This document shows, one piece after another, positions 12,053 through 24,803 of a stretch of DNA of 45,070 nucleotides. The stretch is from Parasitella parasitica NRRL 2501 (lineage: Eukaryota > Fungi > Mucoromycota). A model generated the notes under the pieces. That model did no database searches, was not told where the DNA came from, and saw only the letters and a list, made by a program, of their open reading frames with translations. The DNA lies in the NCBI GenBank assembly GCA_025201805.1, contig MU619419.1:1-45070 (forward strand). The letters are read 5' to 3'. The translations under genes were made by a program, and so were the position numbers. Positions within the stretch are counted from its first letter, which is position 1. Each line of letters opens with the position of its first letter.

Positions 12053-12620
12053 TTTTAAAATAAATAGGTGGTGGAATACAGATATAAGATAACAGCATAT
12101 AGGTATTAATAAGGGATAGAAAAGGATACTGACGAATTCTTACCGTGCACTGATTTGCATTATTAATTTCGCTGTTTATCTATTAAATCAAGAAAATGCA
12201 TATAATGGTCAGGTGGTGCCAAATATACTAAGCCCTATCTTGTACAACAATTGTAAATTCTTTATTCACAAAGGGATTTTGGTGGACTTCATATGCTATC
12301 GCTTAGTTTTCAAGTTATACATTTTGAGTAGGGTTATATGGACCATCGCTTAAAGTAGAAAGGGTTGGATCATATATATCTTTTGTTTCAATGATCATAT
12401 TCATGCTAAATAGCTTGAAACTAATTGAATCACGTTGAGGTGCTTGGCAATACTTTCATCTGTTGTTATGCTTAGCATGTTTTCATGCACAGTTAGTTTC
12501 TGACATGACTCGAGCCGAGAGGTGAATCCGCAGCACGGCATATTATCAAATAGCCTTTAAAAAAAATAATAGTATAAAATCAATCGATGTCCCTTCCTTG
12601 TTTACTACTATCAAATCAAA

Positions 12621-14507
12621 ATGAAGTTGAATAAACTAGGTAAGTCTTGATTATGAAATAATATGAAACACCTGCATTAATTCCTTAAAACAACAAGTAC
12701 CTTTGCAAGTATCGATACTAGCATCGCTGGTATTAGCACAAAACAATAATATTACATATAATGTAATTGCATCTCCTGCAAGTCCAGACATGTCTGTTGC
12801 TGTAATAGTTGATAACGGCACGTACCATTTAACTGCTTCAACTTCTGGCAATCTTTTATACTCTGGGCGTGCTCCTGCTGCTCAGACCGCATACCATTAC
12901 GTTATTCTCGACAGTGCTAATCAAGTGAGTGCTTCTGACGCCTTTTTTCGTCCCCCTATCCAGAATGAAACCACCACAAATGAGTTTTTCAATCGATCAT
13001 TGGCAACCCATCAAATTGAATATTTACCGCAAGTGTATGAACCTGTACCTGCTTTAAATCGAATTAAATCCAATCTTCACATCTTGAATCAGATTCCAAC
13101 CATTCAAATATGGGGAAATCAGACTGCAATTGACATTCTACATAAAAATCAATTTCAAGATCTTGAGTTTGAGTTAAATGTCACATATTACGGGTATGTG
13201 AAAATAAATGCGGTATACACAAAGCAACTTGATATATAATATCTAGCATATAGCCTAAATGATGTTCAAGAATTTCAAAATGTAAAAGTATCACTATCTG
13301 GACGCTCTTCAAGATGGATTCCAAAACTATCTTATGGCTTGAAAATGAAGACCAATGGAAATCAGAGCTTATTTGGCTATAAAAAACTCAAATTAAGAGC
13401 TCTTGGTATGGACCCTTCTTATGTTCGAGAATGTGTCTCGTACTCTACTTTGAAATCTGTAGGAATTCCCGCGAGTGGATTTTCTTATGTTAGGTAAATG
13501 TCTATACACATCTGTATTGCAATATGGTTATTCATTCTATAAATATGCATAGATTATTCATCAATAAGCAGTCTGCTGGATTGTATGGATTAATAGAAAC
13601 ATTCCAAGATCCTTGGACAGCAAATGTTTTTGCTGGTGGTGACATTAGCTATAAACCAGGATATCTTTATCAAGGTCAGCTAGCAAGTGAAAATCAGACT
13701 GTACCTGTATTTTCTGATTTGTCTTATTATGGCGAAAATACCACATTATACAGCTTGGGTCAGTACAAGATCAAAGCAGGCACAGAAAAAGACGAAACGC
13801 CAGATGATTTCAAGGAACTCCAAGAATTCACCCAGTTTATCAACAGTACATCTAGTGATACAACAGTTGAAGAGTGGGAAAAACATTTGGATACTGAAAT
13901 ATTTACTAGAGCTATGGCCATTGAAGATCTGTTAGGCTTTTCTGATGCTTATATGACATTGCTCAACAATTTCTACGTTTACAATGATCCCAAATCTCCA
14001 GGGCGTTACATCTATATTCCTGCCGATCTTGACACAACCATTGGTACTGCTCTGTATGAATTGGAATATTTGTTGAGTGGAAATTACAGTGAACACCCAG
14101 GCTTCAACATCAGACCTTTGACAAGTAAACTTTTCTCAAATCAAATCATGGCGAATCAATACCAACAGATTATACTCAACTTGACACAGCAATTGGTCAA
14201 TCCAAACATTATGAATCCATTTATCGATAGTGTTGTGAAGATGATTTATCCTGATGTTGAATGGGATCAGACTCTACCCGGTATGGGTACGTTCCATTTA
14301 CCTTCTACAGAGGACTTGAATCCAGGTGGTGCTGAAAATACAACATCAAATCCTATTTTTGGACCTGGTTTTAGAACAAATTGGACAGATGTTCCTCAAA
14401 CTTTTGAATCTTCTTTGAACGGTCCTACTAATTCTACAACAACAGAGAGCGTAAAAGGTTTTATTGCAAAAAAGAGTGCAAATGTCTTGGCTTTTTACAA
14501 TAAATAA
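12621..14507 (+). CDS. cotH: CotH-family atypical secreted protein kinase (Mucorales spore-coat/invasin family)
   Basis: Signal-peptide-like start, N-terminal ITYNVI...YSGRAP...YHY...NEFFNRS domain, SGRSSRWIPKLSYGLK, LKLRALGMDPSYVRE, VRLFINKQSAGLYGLIE, DAY...NNFY and YIPADLD. Three introns. Confidence 0.9.
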
Positions 14508-15044
14508 AGTTGCTTGTTCCATTTTTGAATATATTTAAACCTGCAATCTAGATATAACGATCAAGCACAAACAGTATATCGATCTGAATTTTGTCAAATT
14601 TCACTATCTAATGCTGTTTATGATGAATTATCGTATGATCTCCAATCAAAAAAGAAGAAAATGGAAGATAAGAGACACTAGTTTGGATAGAAGGAAATCA
14701 AGTGCTTTTGACAGATCTGTCAAATACAGTAGGATCAAATCGTCTTAATTTTTTGGTCTTAAACTAAGATCGAATTGATGTGAATTATTGGAATCATATA
14801 TTGGTGTAAACATTACTGATGATAGTTAATGAGTTGGTGACAATTTTATAATTGACCACTAGTGTCTTACTCATTTCGATCAAATGACACTCGTGTTAAC
14901 TTCAATTATTCTTTCAAATACTCAACCGATATATCTTGCTACAATCCCATATTAATCACGACAACTGGTATAGTTAAATTTGATACAATCTCCAAAAAAC
15001 AAGTGCTACATACACTACATTATTGATAAATGACAAAAATATAT

Positions 15045-15128
15045 TCCGGCTTACCTGATTCGAACAGGTGACCTAGAGATGTCAATGTTCACTACAGTCT
15101 CCCGCTCTACCAACTGAGCTAAAGCCGG
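15045..15128 (-). tRNA. tRNA-Tyr(GUA) with 11-nt intron
   Basis: Minus strand reads CCGGCTTTAGCTCAGTTGGTAGAGCGGGAGACTGTAG[TGAACATTGAC]ATCTCTAGGTCACCTGTTCGAATCAGGTAAGCCGGA. Full cloverleaf, A and B boxes, canonical intron at 37/38. Confidence 0.97.
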
Positions 15129-15769
15129 TGTTTTATACAATCTAATGAGAGTAGTTTTATTTTATTATTATAAATAGTTATTACAAATGTAATTTTATTT
15201 TGTGTTGCTGATTGATAATCAACAGGTAATCGAAGTTTGAGCCAGTAATAATTCAGATTGAACTGGTGTTTAATATTGAGGTCTATAAATTGCTTATAAT
15301 TTGAAGTATGCTATCGATATGTATTACGAATAGTTGTTATACAAGAATGTTATTATTATAATAGATTATAAATTGACAGATAGTACATTTGCCGACTGTA
15401 AAAACAAAGAGAAACTATTCAATAATATAATGAATTCAATAAAAGGACTAGTTCTCTATAATAAAAATAAATATACACTAGAGAGGAAGGTATGTATAAT
15501 AATATAAAGTTAAGTTTACGAGAGAAAAAGGCACATGTTGATACATCATCAATCAATGTTGACATCATATGCAACCTCTGGGCAGTAAGATCAAATAATT
15601 ACTATATAAAGATGTGTAATAATTAAAAATGCACATGACAGCTACTTCCACATATCACTATACTCCAAAAATAAATCGAACTTTTTGTATTCAACAATGA
15701 TTGTGGAATCGGTATAAATTGTTAAATGATTCGCGAGAAAAAATTAGATAAAAAACAATAAATGATCTG

Positions 15770-16010
15770 CCATATATGATGTATAGACAGGAGAGTATGG
15801 CAATGTAGTTCAATTGAAAATTGAAGATTGTCTAATGATGTGTGATACGCTTGATGTGTAAATTGGAGAATAAAGTTTCTGTTTCAAATCAAGAAGGTTA
15901 TTCCTGTAGTAACACAGATCTGAGCACCAGGATAAAGATTAAGGCACACTGTCGTCAGATCAAAGACGGGTAGCCCTTGTTGTATAACCTTACAGCATTG
16001 TACCCTGTCA
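15770..16010. repeat. Old dispersed repeat, inverted copy at ~39022-39240
   Basis: ggagaataaagtttctgtttcaaatcaagaaggtt...gtaccctgt matches the reverse complement of 39022-39240. Confidence 0.75.
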
Positions 16011-16015
16011 AGAGT

Positions 16016-16716
16016 AGTGTTGTATCCATAGAATACCATGGTTACCACTATTTCAACTCAGTTGTCATGGCAACCGTTCCTGATCGGATCTAAGGTTAAA
16101 TGGCATCGATTATTCTATCTGGTAAATAGAAGTATTCAATAGAATGTCTTGTGTAAGAAACCATCTATTTTTTTGATGTATATTTCAGATATTTTAATAC
16201 AATAGAAAGAGACTTGTAATAATTCACAGCTTTCAACTGTAACCGAACAATAAAAGAAGTCTCGTTTATTATGATATAAATACACGGTATTTATATCTTC
16301 AATTATTTACTACAACTGAGATGGTAGCTGTAATAACCAATAGATTAATGTGATAGTATGTTGTCACTGTTGATGAACGAATAGAAAATACACCGTGTTA
16401 TCATTGTCAATTGGTTTGATATGTTTCATTGTTGAGACTGATCCAAGAATATGAGCTGATGTAACATATCAAATAGTTTGTTTGCACCTTGACATTTGAG
16501 CAAGTCCGCATATCTTGTTGATGTCATGGCAGCCAAGACATTGCGATATCCAGTGACCGTTGAGATATTATACTGATTCGTATCTGATACAATCATATAA
16601 TATATTTGCAGTAAATCAGCAAGCGTAGTACTTGTAGGAATTGATATAGTAGTGCAGATGTAGCAGTGCGTATACATCATATTTGGGTTCTACTTATTCT
16701 AAATTGCGAAGCTCAA
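16016..16716. repeat. Dispersed direct repeat split by a solo LTR; uninterrupted copy at 17968-18157
   Basis: Both copies share ggcaaccgttcctgatcggatctaaggttaaat and attattctatctggtaaataga, and continue atttgggttctactt...aaattgcgaagctcaac. Confidence 0.85.
16174..16679. mobile_element. Solo LTR-like insertion (506 bp)
   Basis: Termini TGATGTATA...TATACATCA. TSD TATTT (left copy followed by 3 extra T). Empty site catcTATTTgggttc is present in the paralogous repeat at ~18116-18130. Confidence 0.8.
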
Positions 16717-16749
16717 CTTATCGATGAATGATTCACATTCATAAAGATT

Positions 16750-17250
16750 AGCTGATTAAATATAGAAATAAGTCTTACTCTGACTACTACTGTGTTATAC
16801 TCTTGTTTGACAATTAAATGTCAAATATGACCTGATTGTATTTTATAGATTGTGTTATGTCAATAACATCCCATAGACCTTGTAGCAAGATCAGGGGCTA
16901 AAAGCCAATGTGCGTGGTAAATCAGGGATTTACACCGCATGCTCCATATATAAATCTTGGTTGCAGTTGTGTGTGATGACGTTAGCACGTAATATTAGTT
17001 TGTATAAATACATCCAGAGGATGTATTTCAAATAAAAGTGTAACTCTTTAGCAGATTTATTTTACTGACTTATTTTCTGACATAACAGATTGATTTAGAT
17101 GGATTTATTCTAATATAAATAGACAGCTTCTTGTCAATCAATAAATCAATAGTTTTGTATCTGGTAAACTAAGTCATTATTACATTCTTATATTTTTATA
17201 TCACATACAATCACCTGCTGTGCTCATTTTCAAGACCTGGCACAACAGAC
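16750..17250. repeat. Diverged repeat (interrupted by the 16853 solo LTR), inverted copy at ~18270-18537
   Basis: ctctgactactactgt, aatagttttgtatc and ctgctgtgct..ttcaag.cctgg align to the reverse complement of 18270-18537. Confidence 0.75.
16853..17087 (+). mobile_element. Solo LTR, family B (235 bp)
   Basis: TGTTATGTCA...TGACATAACA termini, perfect 5-bp TSD GATTG, internal TATAAAT and AATAAA. Homologous to 42964-43200. Confidence 0.88.
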
Positions 17251-18895
17251 ATTACATCATTAGACAATCTCTAATGTTAAATTATAATACAATATTATAA
17301 TCTTTGGCTTAGATTATGGCCAGATCAAACACAGTTTGCGAGCATTAACATTAAGCTCATCAAAGGTGACTTCTTGGTTGTGTTAATCGAATAAATCCCG
17401 CGATTAAATATACATAGAAGACTTTTAAGTGCATCTCTAATTGAAATTGAAAACCAAAAGCTCTCTCAAAATCTGTGCTGAAGTGATAAAAATTCCCACA
17501 AAAATTAATTGAATGTCATCTCTTACGGAACTACCTTGGAGATTCCAAATCAAGCTAACAGACAGATTACCTAAATATCTAACCGTGAAACCACAAAACA
17601 TCCATAATCAATTAAGAACCAACTAAAGGAAATCGGACCACAAAACCACATCTGGAATGCGTAGACCAATGTAAGGGCTGGTCCATGAATGTCATTTACA
17701 AATGTGTCAGAAACATCGATATTAAAATACTATACTTGATTATGTAAAATCAAATACAGACAAATCTGAATTTGGTTTGGCTGACAGTTACGGCGTAACT
17801 GACTGACAGACCGTTAACAAGAACGAATATAAATAGAGTAGAAATGTCTAACTTTTGCACGTTATCCTATTCCGAAAATAAAGAAGGAACTGTATCTATT
17901 GTTGTTTTTACATTTTTGCTACAAAGTTAATCATTTATCTACAATACGGTGGATACAATGTGTCTTCAGTGTTGTATCCACAGAAAACCATGATTACCAC
18001 TATTTTAAGTCAGTTTTGGTGGCAACCGTTCCTGATCGGATCTAAGGTTAAATCTTATCAATTATTCTATCTGGTAAATAGAAATGATCGGTAGAATGTG
18101 TCTTGCATAAAAAAGCATCTATTTGGGTTCTACTTTTCCTAAATTGCGAAGCTCAACAAAATAAGAGACTGGTGTATCGTCCTCTAATAAAACAAGGCTT
18201 AGTATAACTAGAATGGAACATCATATCAATATGTCGTATGATTGAAAACACTCCTGACCAAAGTACTTTCTGTTGATCCAGGCCTTGAATATTAGCACAG
18301 CAGTTGACAATTTTGATAAACGAAACAAGAGTGTAATAAAGACTTAAATCGCTGGATACAAAACTATTGAGTTTATGGATTGATAGGAAGTTGTCTACTG
18401 TATTTATATAGAATGAATCTACACAAGAAGATCTGTCAATACGATTTACAGATCATGTTTGACATTCATTAATTGCCAAATAAGATTATAATACAGTAGT
18501 AGTCAGAGGAAGACCTATCTCTTTATTTAGTCAGCTTCGACATTTGCATTTGCGAAAAACACCCTACAGCAATGTAGCTCCATAGTAATAAATCTATAGT
18601 ATGTTAACTGTTGTGCCTGGATTTGACATTATATGACAAGAAACTAATACTTTTTTATACCACCATATGGCTTTGAGTTAACTCTGAATCACATTAGAAG
18701 TGAGATAAGCATTACAATCTAGCATCAACACAAGCAACGTATCTGATACTATTAAATAGCTTAATTTATTATACAAGAGAAATATGTACGGTGTTAGGGG
18801 TTAATTTTCTAATATTGTACAGATGATATGCTTCTTGTTAATTCAAACATATAAATCTAGATCAAATAGATGTGATTTACTACTGTTATTACATG

Positions 18896-20455
18896 TTATG
18901 CATTTTGAAAATCGGCTTTTAGAGCCTCAATAGCAGACTTTGTACCAAAGATCAAACCTACAATACCGAGTAGCACAACAAAGAAACAAAGAATAAGTTC
19001 TGGCCATTTCTTGTTACGCCATCCTGTCAACTTCAGATAAAACATCACAGGGAAAATCAAAATTAGAGCACAGTTGGAAAATGCACCTAATAACGACATG
19101 AAATCACCAAAGAAAGGAACGTAGATAGCAATGACAGTGATGATGATGATCATAATGATACGAAGAGTGAAGCGCAATAAATGTTCGACAATGCGGGAGT
19201 GATTAAAGCTGGAGATACCAAACATTTTTTCTAGGTCAAGGGCAAACGAAGTGATCAAGATAGGACATGCCATCAAAACATGAATAGTAATGATGATAGC
19301 GCTAGCGACTTTTGCACCTCCATCCGGTATATTGTTATAAATAGGAGATTCAGCCTTGTCACCATAAACATAATATCCGGGAATGGCAGTTAAAAAGTAG
19401 AGACAAACACAAGTGGTTAAGCCTCCACATACTACCTTATTCCAATCTTGAGGGCGACGCATGCCAGCCTCAACATGGGCATAGACAGGATTACCACCTG
19501 GTTAGAAATGGTGTGAGTCATAATCTTTTCGGTGAATAGAAATTCAGCTTACCAAAACTAAAGACAATGGAACTAAGAGCAATGGGGAATTGGTCCCAGA
19601 TAACTGGATCATGATGCACGGCAGTGTGATTAGGCTTGTCTTTGACGGCCATTACTAATACAATAAAAACGACAATAACTGTGGCCAGCATGCCGAAAGC
19701 ACTCAAGAAGCCCACCTCCTTCATTGATCTGAAGAAAACAAAAGGGACCGTTACAATAGCAGAACAAATGATTACCCAAATTGGAAAAGTCAATTCACCG
19801 GGAGTGCCCATACATACTTGATGTAAATTTTGACCGGCCAAGAGAATATACAACACAGGGACACCAATCAAGGTAACTGCAGTAAAAAAGAAGGAAATCC
19901 AACCGCCAATTTTACCGAAAGCACTTTCAGCAACCTCTTGGTAAGAGGACAGACGAGTACGACCATTGTGATAAAGACAGCGAATCAAGATGACGCCGGA
20001 ATCTATGGACTCGAGTTATAACATGGTGTGGCATTCAAGATATGACAGCTTACATGCTGAAAAAATCCAACTTAGTCCTAGAATAAAAAGGCCTAAAACA
20101 ACAGCATGTCAGAAAAATGCAAGTATGATTTTGTAATTTGTCAAAATGTAATTACCGATCCAGCCACCTTGCTTCAAAGCATAAGGCAACCCTAAAGCGC
20201 CAGTACCGGCTACAACGCAAACAATATTAAAATAAGCCAGAAAAGAAGAGCCTCCCTCGCTTTCACGATCTACACCATGGCTAAAGCTAACTTTATCATG
20301 CTCCACTTCTTCACCTAAAAACAATTAATAATGATTCCAATCCTTTTGACAGATGTCAATTCAATCATGTGCATACCAACAGTACTGTCTGTAATTTGAT
20401 CTAGTGTTGGGTCTCCATTGAACGACTTTTCGTTTTTAATACGATGTAACTCCAT
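18896..20455 (-). CDS. Transmembrane amino acid transporter (AAAP/AVT, Aa_trans family)
   Basis: AYFNIVCVVAGTGALGLPYALKQGGWIG, SYQEVAESAFG, FSFGGNPVYAHVEAGMRRPQDW and PFFGDFMSLLGA. Multiple TM helices; four introns. Confidence 0.9.
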
Positions 20456-21154
20456 AGTATGGTAAGTTGGATGGGTTCTTAGATTAAAAAAGAAAAAGAG
20501 AAGCTGGTAAAAGACGAGGCGGAATAAGAACATTTTGACATTTATAAGATTCTTGCAACCAATTATCATACGGAGAAAAAGTTGCTCGGTGCCTACTTGA
20601 GGTTCTTGGGAAAACTTATCAACAAGGGCCGTGAGAAATAAATATAATGATAGATCTGAATTGAGTGCAAGCATTTGTAGAACAAAATATCAGCATTTCT
20701 CTATGCAAGACAAGTAGATAAATGTTTTTTAAAAATATAACCGGCTTAGTAATGAGCAATTTACCGTTATGACCACTTGTGTTGAAATTTTGAAGGCAAT
20801 ACTGTCGAGAGGGCACGGGTATGGATGTACTATTATACGCTTGTTCAACACACTCTACCAACACTTCAAATAGCTATTACCAAAATAATATCTATATAAG
20901 GAGGAATAGAAGGCCAACATAAATATAGGAAAATATAACTTCTATCTGTGGGCTCACAACAATATATCATTTGCTTTGCATATATCTCTTTCCATGCATT
21001 CATTGGCTTAATGAAACTCAAGGCTTACGTTTTGAAACAGGGAACAAACTTGTTGTAAAGAATAAACAAGGAAGCATTTCATGCGTGTGCTATAAAAACG
21101 CGAGAAAAGGATTGTGCTTTCATTTCTCTCTTTTTCAATTATCCATATCAAAAA

Positions 21155-21409
21155 ATGAACAAGTCTTTTTTTCTCATTTCTATCTTGCTTTTATGCTTTA
21201 CTTCAATCACACATGCTGGCCCTCTAGCTTATGGCATCTGTCAAACTGGATGTAACGCTCTTGCTGTCTCTTGTTATGCCGCTGCTGGTTTTACTTTCGG
21301 GACAGTTACTGCTGGAACAGCCATACCTGCTGTCATCGCGGGTTGTAACACTAGCTTAGGTTTATGTATGGCAGCGTGCATTGCTGCTGGTTTTGCACCA
21401 ACTTTGTAA
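21155..21409 (+). CDS. Small secreted hydrophobic cysteine-rich protein (84 aa, GPxAYGICQTGC family)
   Basis: TATAAAA at ~21091, aaaaATG context, signal peptide ending THA|GP, six mature Cys, intronless ORF. Confidence 0.85.
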   Translation: MNKSFFLISILLLCFTSITHAGPLAYGICQTGCNALAVSCYAAAGFTFGTVTAGTAIPAVIAGCNTSLGLCMAACIAAGFAPTL

Positions 21410-22423
21410 TGCAACTCTTTATGTAGCCAGAATTTTTTCTCGATACAACACATAGTATAGGATTCACAACTTTTTAGTTTCATCCATACTTGAGAGATGA
21501 TAAATAAAAATAAAAATAAAAAATATATACCATCTAGTGATACAAGGAACGACAGCAGGCAAACGTTTATGAACAAGATAGATTCATAATGTTTGGAGAA
21601 CTCTGCGTCATAAAAGAGACTGAAAAGATTTGAACATAAAATCAATGCAACACTCGGTTACGCTTGATAAAATTAGCAATTCACAGCACACCATCTGTAA
21701 ATCTCTATCTGATTACATTTGCTGTTTCAGCATTGTGTGTTTTGATACAATCTCGCCTTTGCTAACTTCAATGCAGCTGCATTATATAATAACTCATTTT
21801 TTTGAATCTGTTTAATTTTTCATAAAGATGCTATCACTAAAATTCTGTACTCACAAATATTTAGGTCTAAAGCATTTGATCTTAAACAAATTGCATCTTT
21901 GAGAAATGATATTTCATTTGCAAAGATAAGAAATACCAGAGTGGTATTGGGTATCCTGGCATATCACTTGCAGACGTACTCGCGTTCGAGCATCCACATA
22001 TGGAATTTTTCATTTCATTGTTGCAGCTTCTGCTCTTCGTTTAAGAAGGTTCACTTTTGATGTATCAGGTCCCAGCATCTACGTGGAAGAATGCATCTAC
22101 TTTTCCCCCAAAAGAGCAGGATCTTGTGACACCTGACCGTGTTTTTTACCACGATATCTGACGAACTTAATCTTGTAACGACTTGGCATATAAGCTCGCG
22201 CAGGGATATGTAATATGGCACGATGAATGCCAATTTTTTTTTATATTTGTATTGGATAAATTAAAGATATTTAATTAATAAGTTATGTCAAGAAAATTTT
22301 GCTTCCCTCCTAATAAACGAGTGTCTCGAATAAGAAGAAATTATTACAACAATTTACAGTTTAGTGTATGTAAATATAAATATATATAGATAAGGATAGA
22401 TGGCAAAAAAGAATTTGTTGGGT

Positions 22424-24758
22424 TTATACATAATTGCCACTCAAAACACTAGCAGATCGCTGCTGCTGTTGTTGCTGTTGCTGTTGATCTAATTCCCATC
22501 TTTTTCTCAGGTCATCCACACTGCTACTGCTGTGGCGGTAGTTCATCTTGGCTCTAAATGCTCTAGTGGGTGTTTGTGCCAATCGGTCAAATACAGAAGG
22601 TGTTGTAGGTCTTTCAAATGTAGACACGCTAGGCATGAGTGGAGGTAATGACTTTCTCATGTGTCTTTGTTGTTGGTATGATGAGGTAAATAAAGGCGAT
22701 TGATGGCCATCATTCTGTGGAGGAGAAATATGTGACAATAAAGGACTCATGGGTGGAGGTGGGAGCATATTACGTTGTTGGCGACGATTGTTTTGCGAAG
22801 ACGCCATGCTACTGAGATTACTGGTACTACTCAAACGATTCATTGATTTTTGGTTCCAAGATGACAGAGACGACATGTCAGACTGGATAGAAGATCTTCT
22901 TAGATGGCTGCTACGAATGGAAGACGTGGATGATTCGTGGTCTGTAGCGTACTGTGCAAAATCAGCAGGGCCGGCGGCAGTTGTAGCAGCTTCAACGGCT
23001 GCTGCTGCTCTCAATAACTCGTCCTCTTCTGTTAACGTTTCATCGCCAGATACTCTTGCCTGCCAGGAAAGCCTTTTTTGTATCATATTGTAGAATCTGT
23101 CAGGTGAAGGGGTGCATTCACGAGTCAAATTGGTACTTTTGCTTATGCTCTCCATCATTTGGGCAGGTAATGGCGCTTTCTTGGTATCACTGGCGTTGGC
23201 TGCAGAGACGGAAAAGGCGCTTGTGACATAGGGAGGCGAAGCGACTGGAGAGTTGGGCAAGCTCAATTGCTGTTGCTGGTCTGGTGATGTGTACATGGCA
23301 TCTGAGGCAGGCGATGTAGACATTACAGGTGCCTCGTGAATCAAACCGCGGACACCATTTTGGTATATTCTGTCGAATATGGTATTGCCATTGTTCATGT
23401 ATTCATCGATTGAATGAACATCATCAATATCGTCAGAGGCACTCATTAGCAACATGCCATCATTCGTCTTGAGATGGCGAATACGGCGTTCATTTTCTGC
23501 TGTGCTTGAGATGGCAGTTCGTTTCATGACAATCAGTGTACGACGAAGATCAATGACAGTCTTTTCCAAGTTTTGCACAGTCAGCTGTCGGTTGCATTCG
23601 CTCATTCGAAGGTCCATAATATCGTCGACTAGGTTCTCGATGATGCGCTTACACTCATCAGCTTCGAACGACTTGATGAGCTTACAAGTAATATCGTATG
23701 CAAGCTCAGGAGCAGCATTCCCGGGAACACTGAATTGATCGTCAAAGGAGTCTACATCTGCCCAGTCATCATTGGCAACAGGCTCTGTAATGATTTCATC
23801 AGCAAATGTGACATGTTTGGGAGGTCTGGGGCTCATGTTCTTGAAGACATGGGCACCGCTTTCTTCTGCTTGCATAGCTTCTTCTGCTGCCTCTATTTGC
23901 AAAGTGCGGATTCTAGCTGACAAGTACGAAATCTCAGCAGAGATCAAGTCAACGCGTTCGTCCATCAGCTCGATGGCAATCGTATCCATAGGCTGGCCAG
24001 TAGTTTCTTCATGCTCTTTCTCAACATGGTACACCTGATCTCTTTCTTCTTCAAGCTCCAATTTCTCTTCCACCAGACGTTCTCTGCGGACCAAGAGCTG
24101 CTCCATTTCGACAACAGCTTGTTTTCCTTGAATGTATTGATACAGGGCTTTGTCTAGCAGCTCCTTTTTACGAGATACACGCAAGTCCAACGGAATAGAG
24201 CTCTTTTTCTTGACCAAACGTCTGGGGAACCCATGGCCACCGCCACGAGCAATGACAGCAAAGCTTCCGCCCATGATAGGAGAGACTTTGCTTAGCATCT
24301 TTTCATCGAGGATACCACCTTCACGTACAGCCTTTTTCATGATGGCAGTCAGTTGCTTCACTTGGGTAGAATTAATCAGCACTTCTTCGTTTCTCTTTTT
24401 AAGAGTTGATTTCTGCTGCTCATGTTCACGTTCCAACTGTCGTTTTGCCTGGTTGGATTTAGCATGCTGACGCTGCAGCTGTTGGATTCTTCGCTCTTGC
24501 TTTGAGATTTGGTCGCGGACTCGTTCAGCTTCTAATTTCATGCGATGCACCAGTCTTTTCTTTTCAACCTTAAGAGTCTCTACATTCACTTTCAAGGATC
24601 TCAAAAGAGACTCGTTTTGATTTCGTGTGGATTGCATGGTTGAAGTTGTATGAGCGTATTTTCGCCTCAACTCTTGTATTTCAGTCATGAGAGCCTTCAT
24701 TTTTGCTTCGTAAGCTTGTCGAATGTCCTTATCGGTAGCCTTTACTTGCTGCTGCTGC

Positions 24759-24803
<45 letters not shown>

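Noticed and set aside
17785-17801. Perfect palindrome cagttacg-g-cgtaactg as a Helitron 3' hairpin
   Set aside because: No CTRR terminus at the expected distance on either strand.
15200-18800. Repeats considered as a CRISPR-like or satellite array
   Set aside because: No regularly spaced short repeats. The pattern is dispersed, nested TE debris in a eukaryote.
21930-22235. GC-richer stretch that looks like a coding remnant
   Set aside because: All frames examined are short or interrupted, and no protein family is recognisable.
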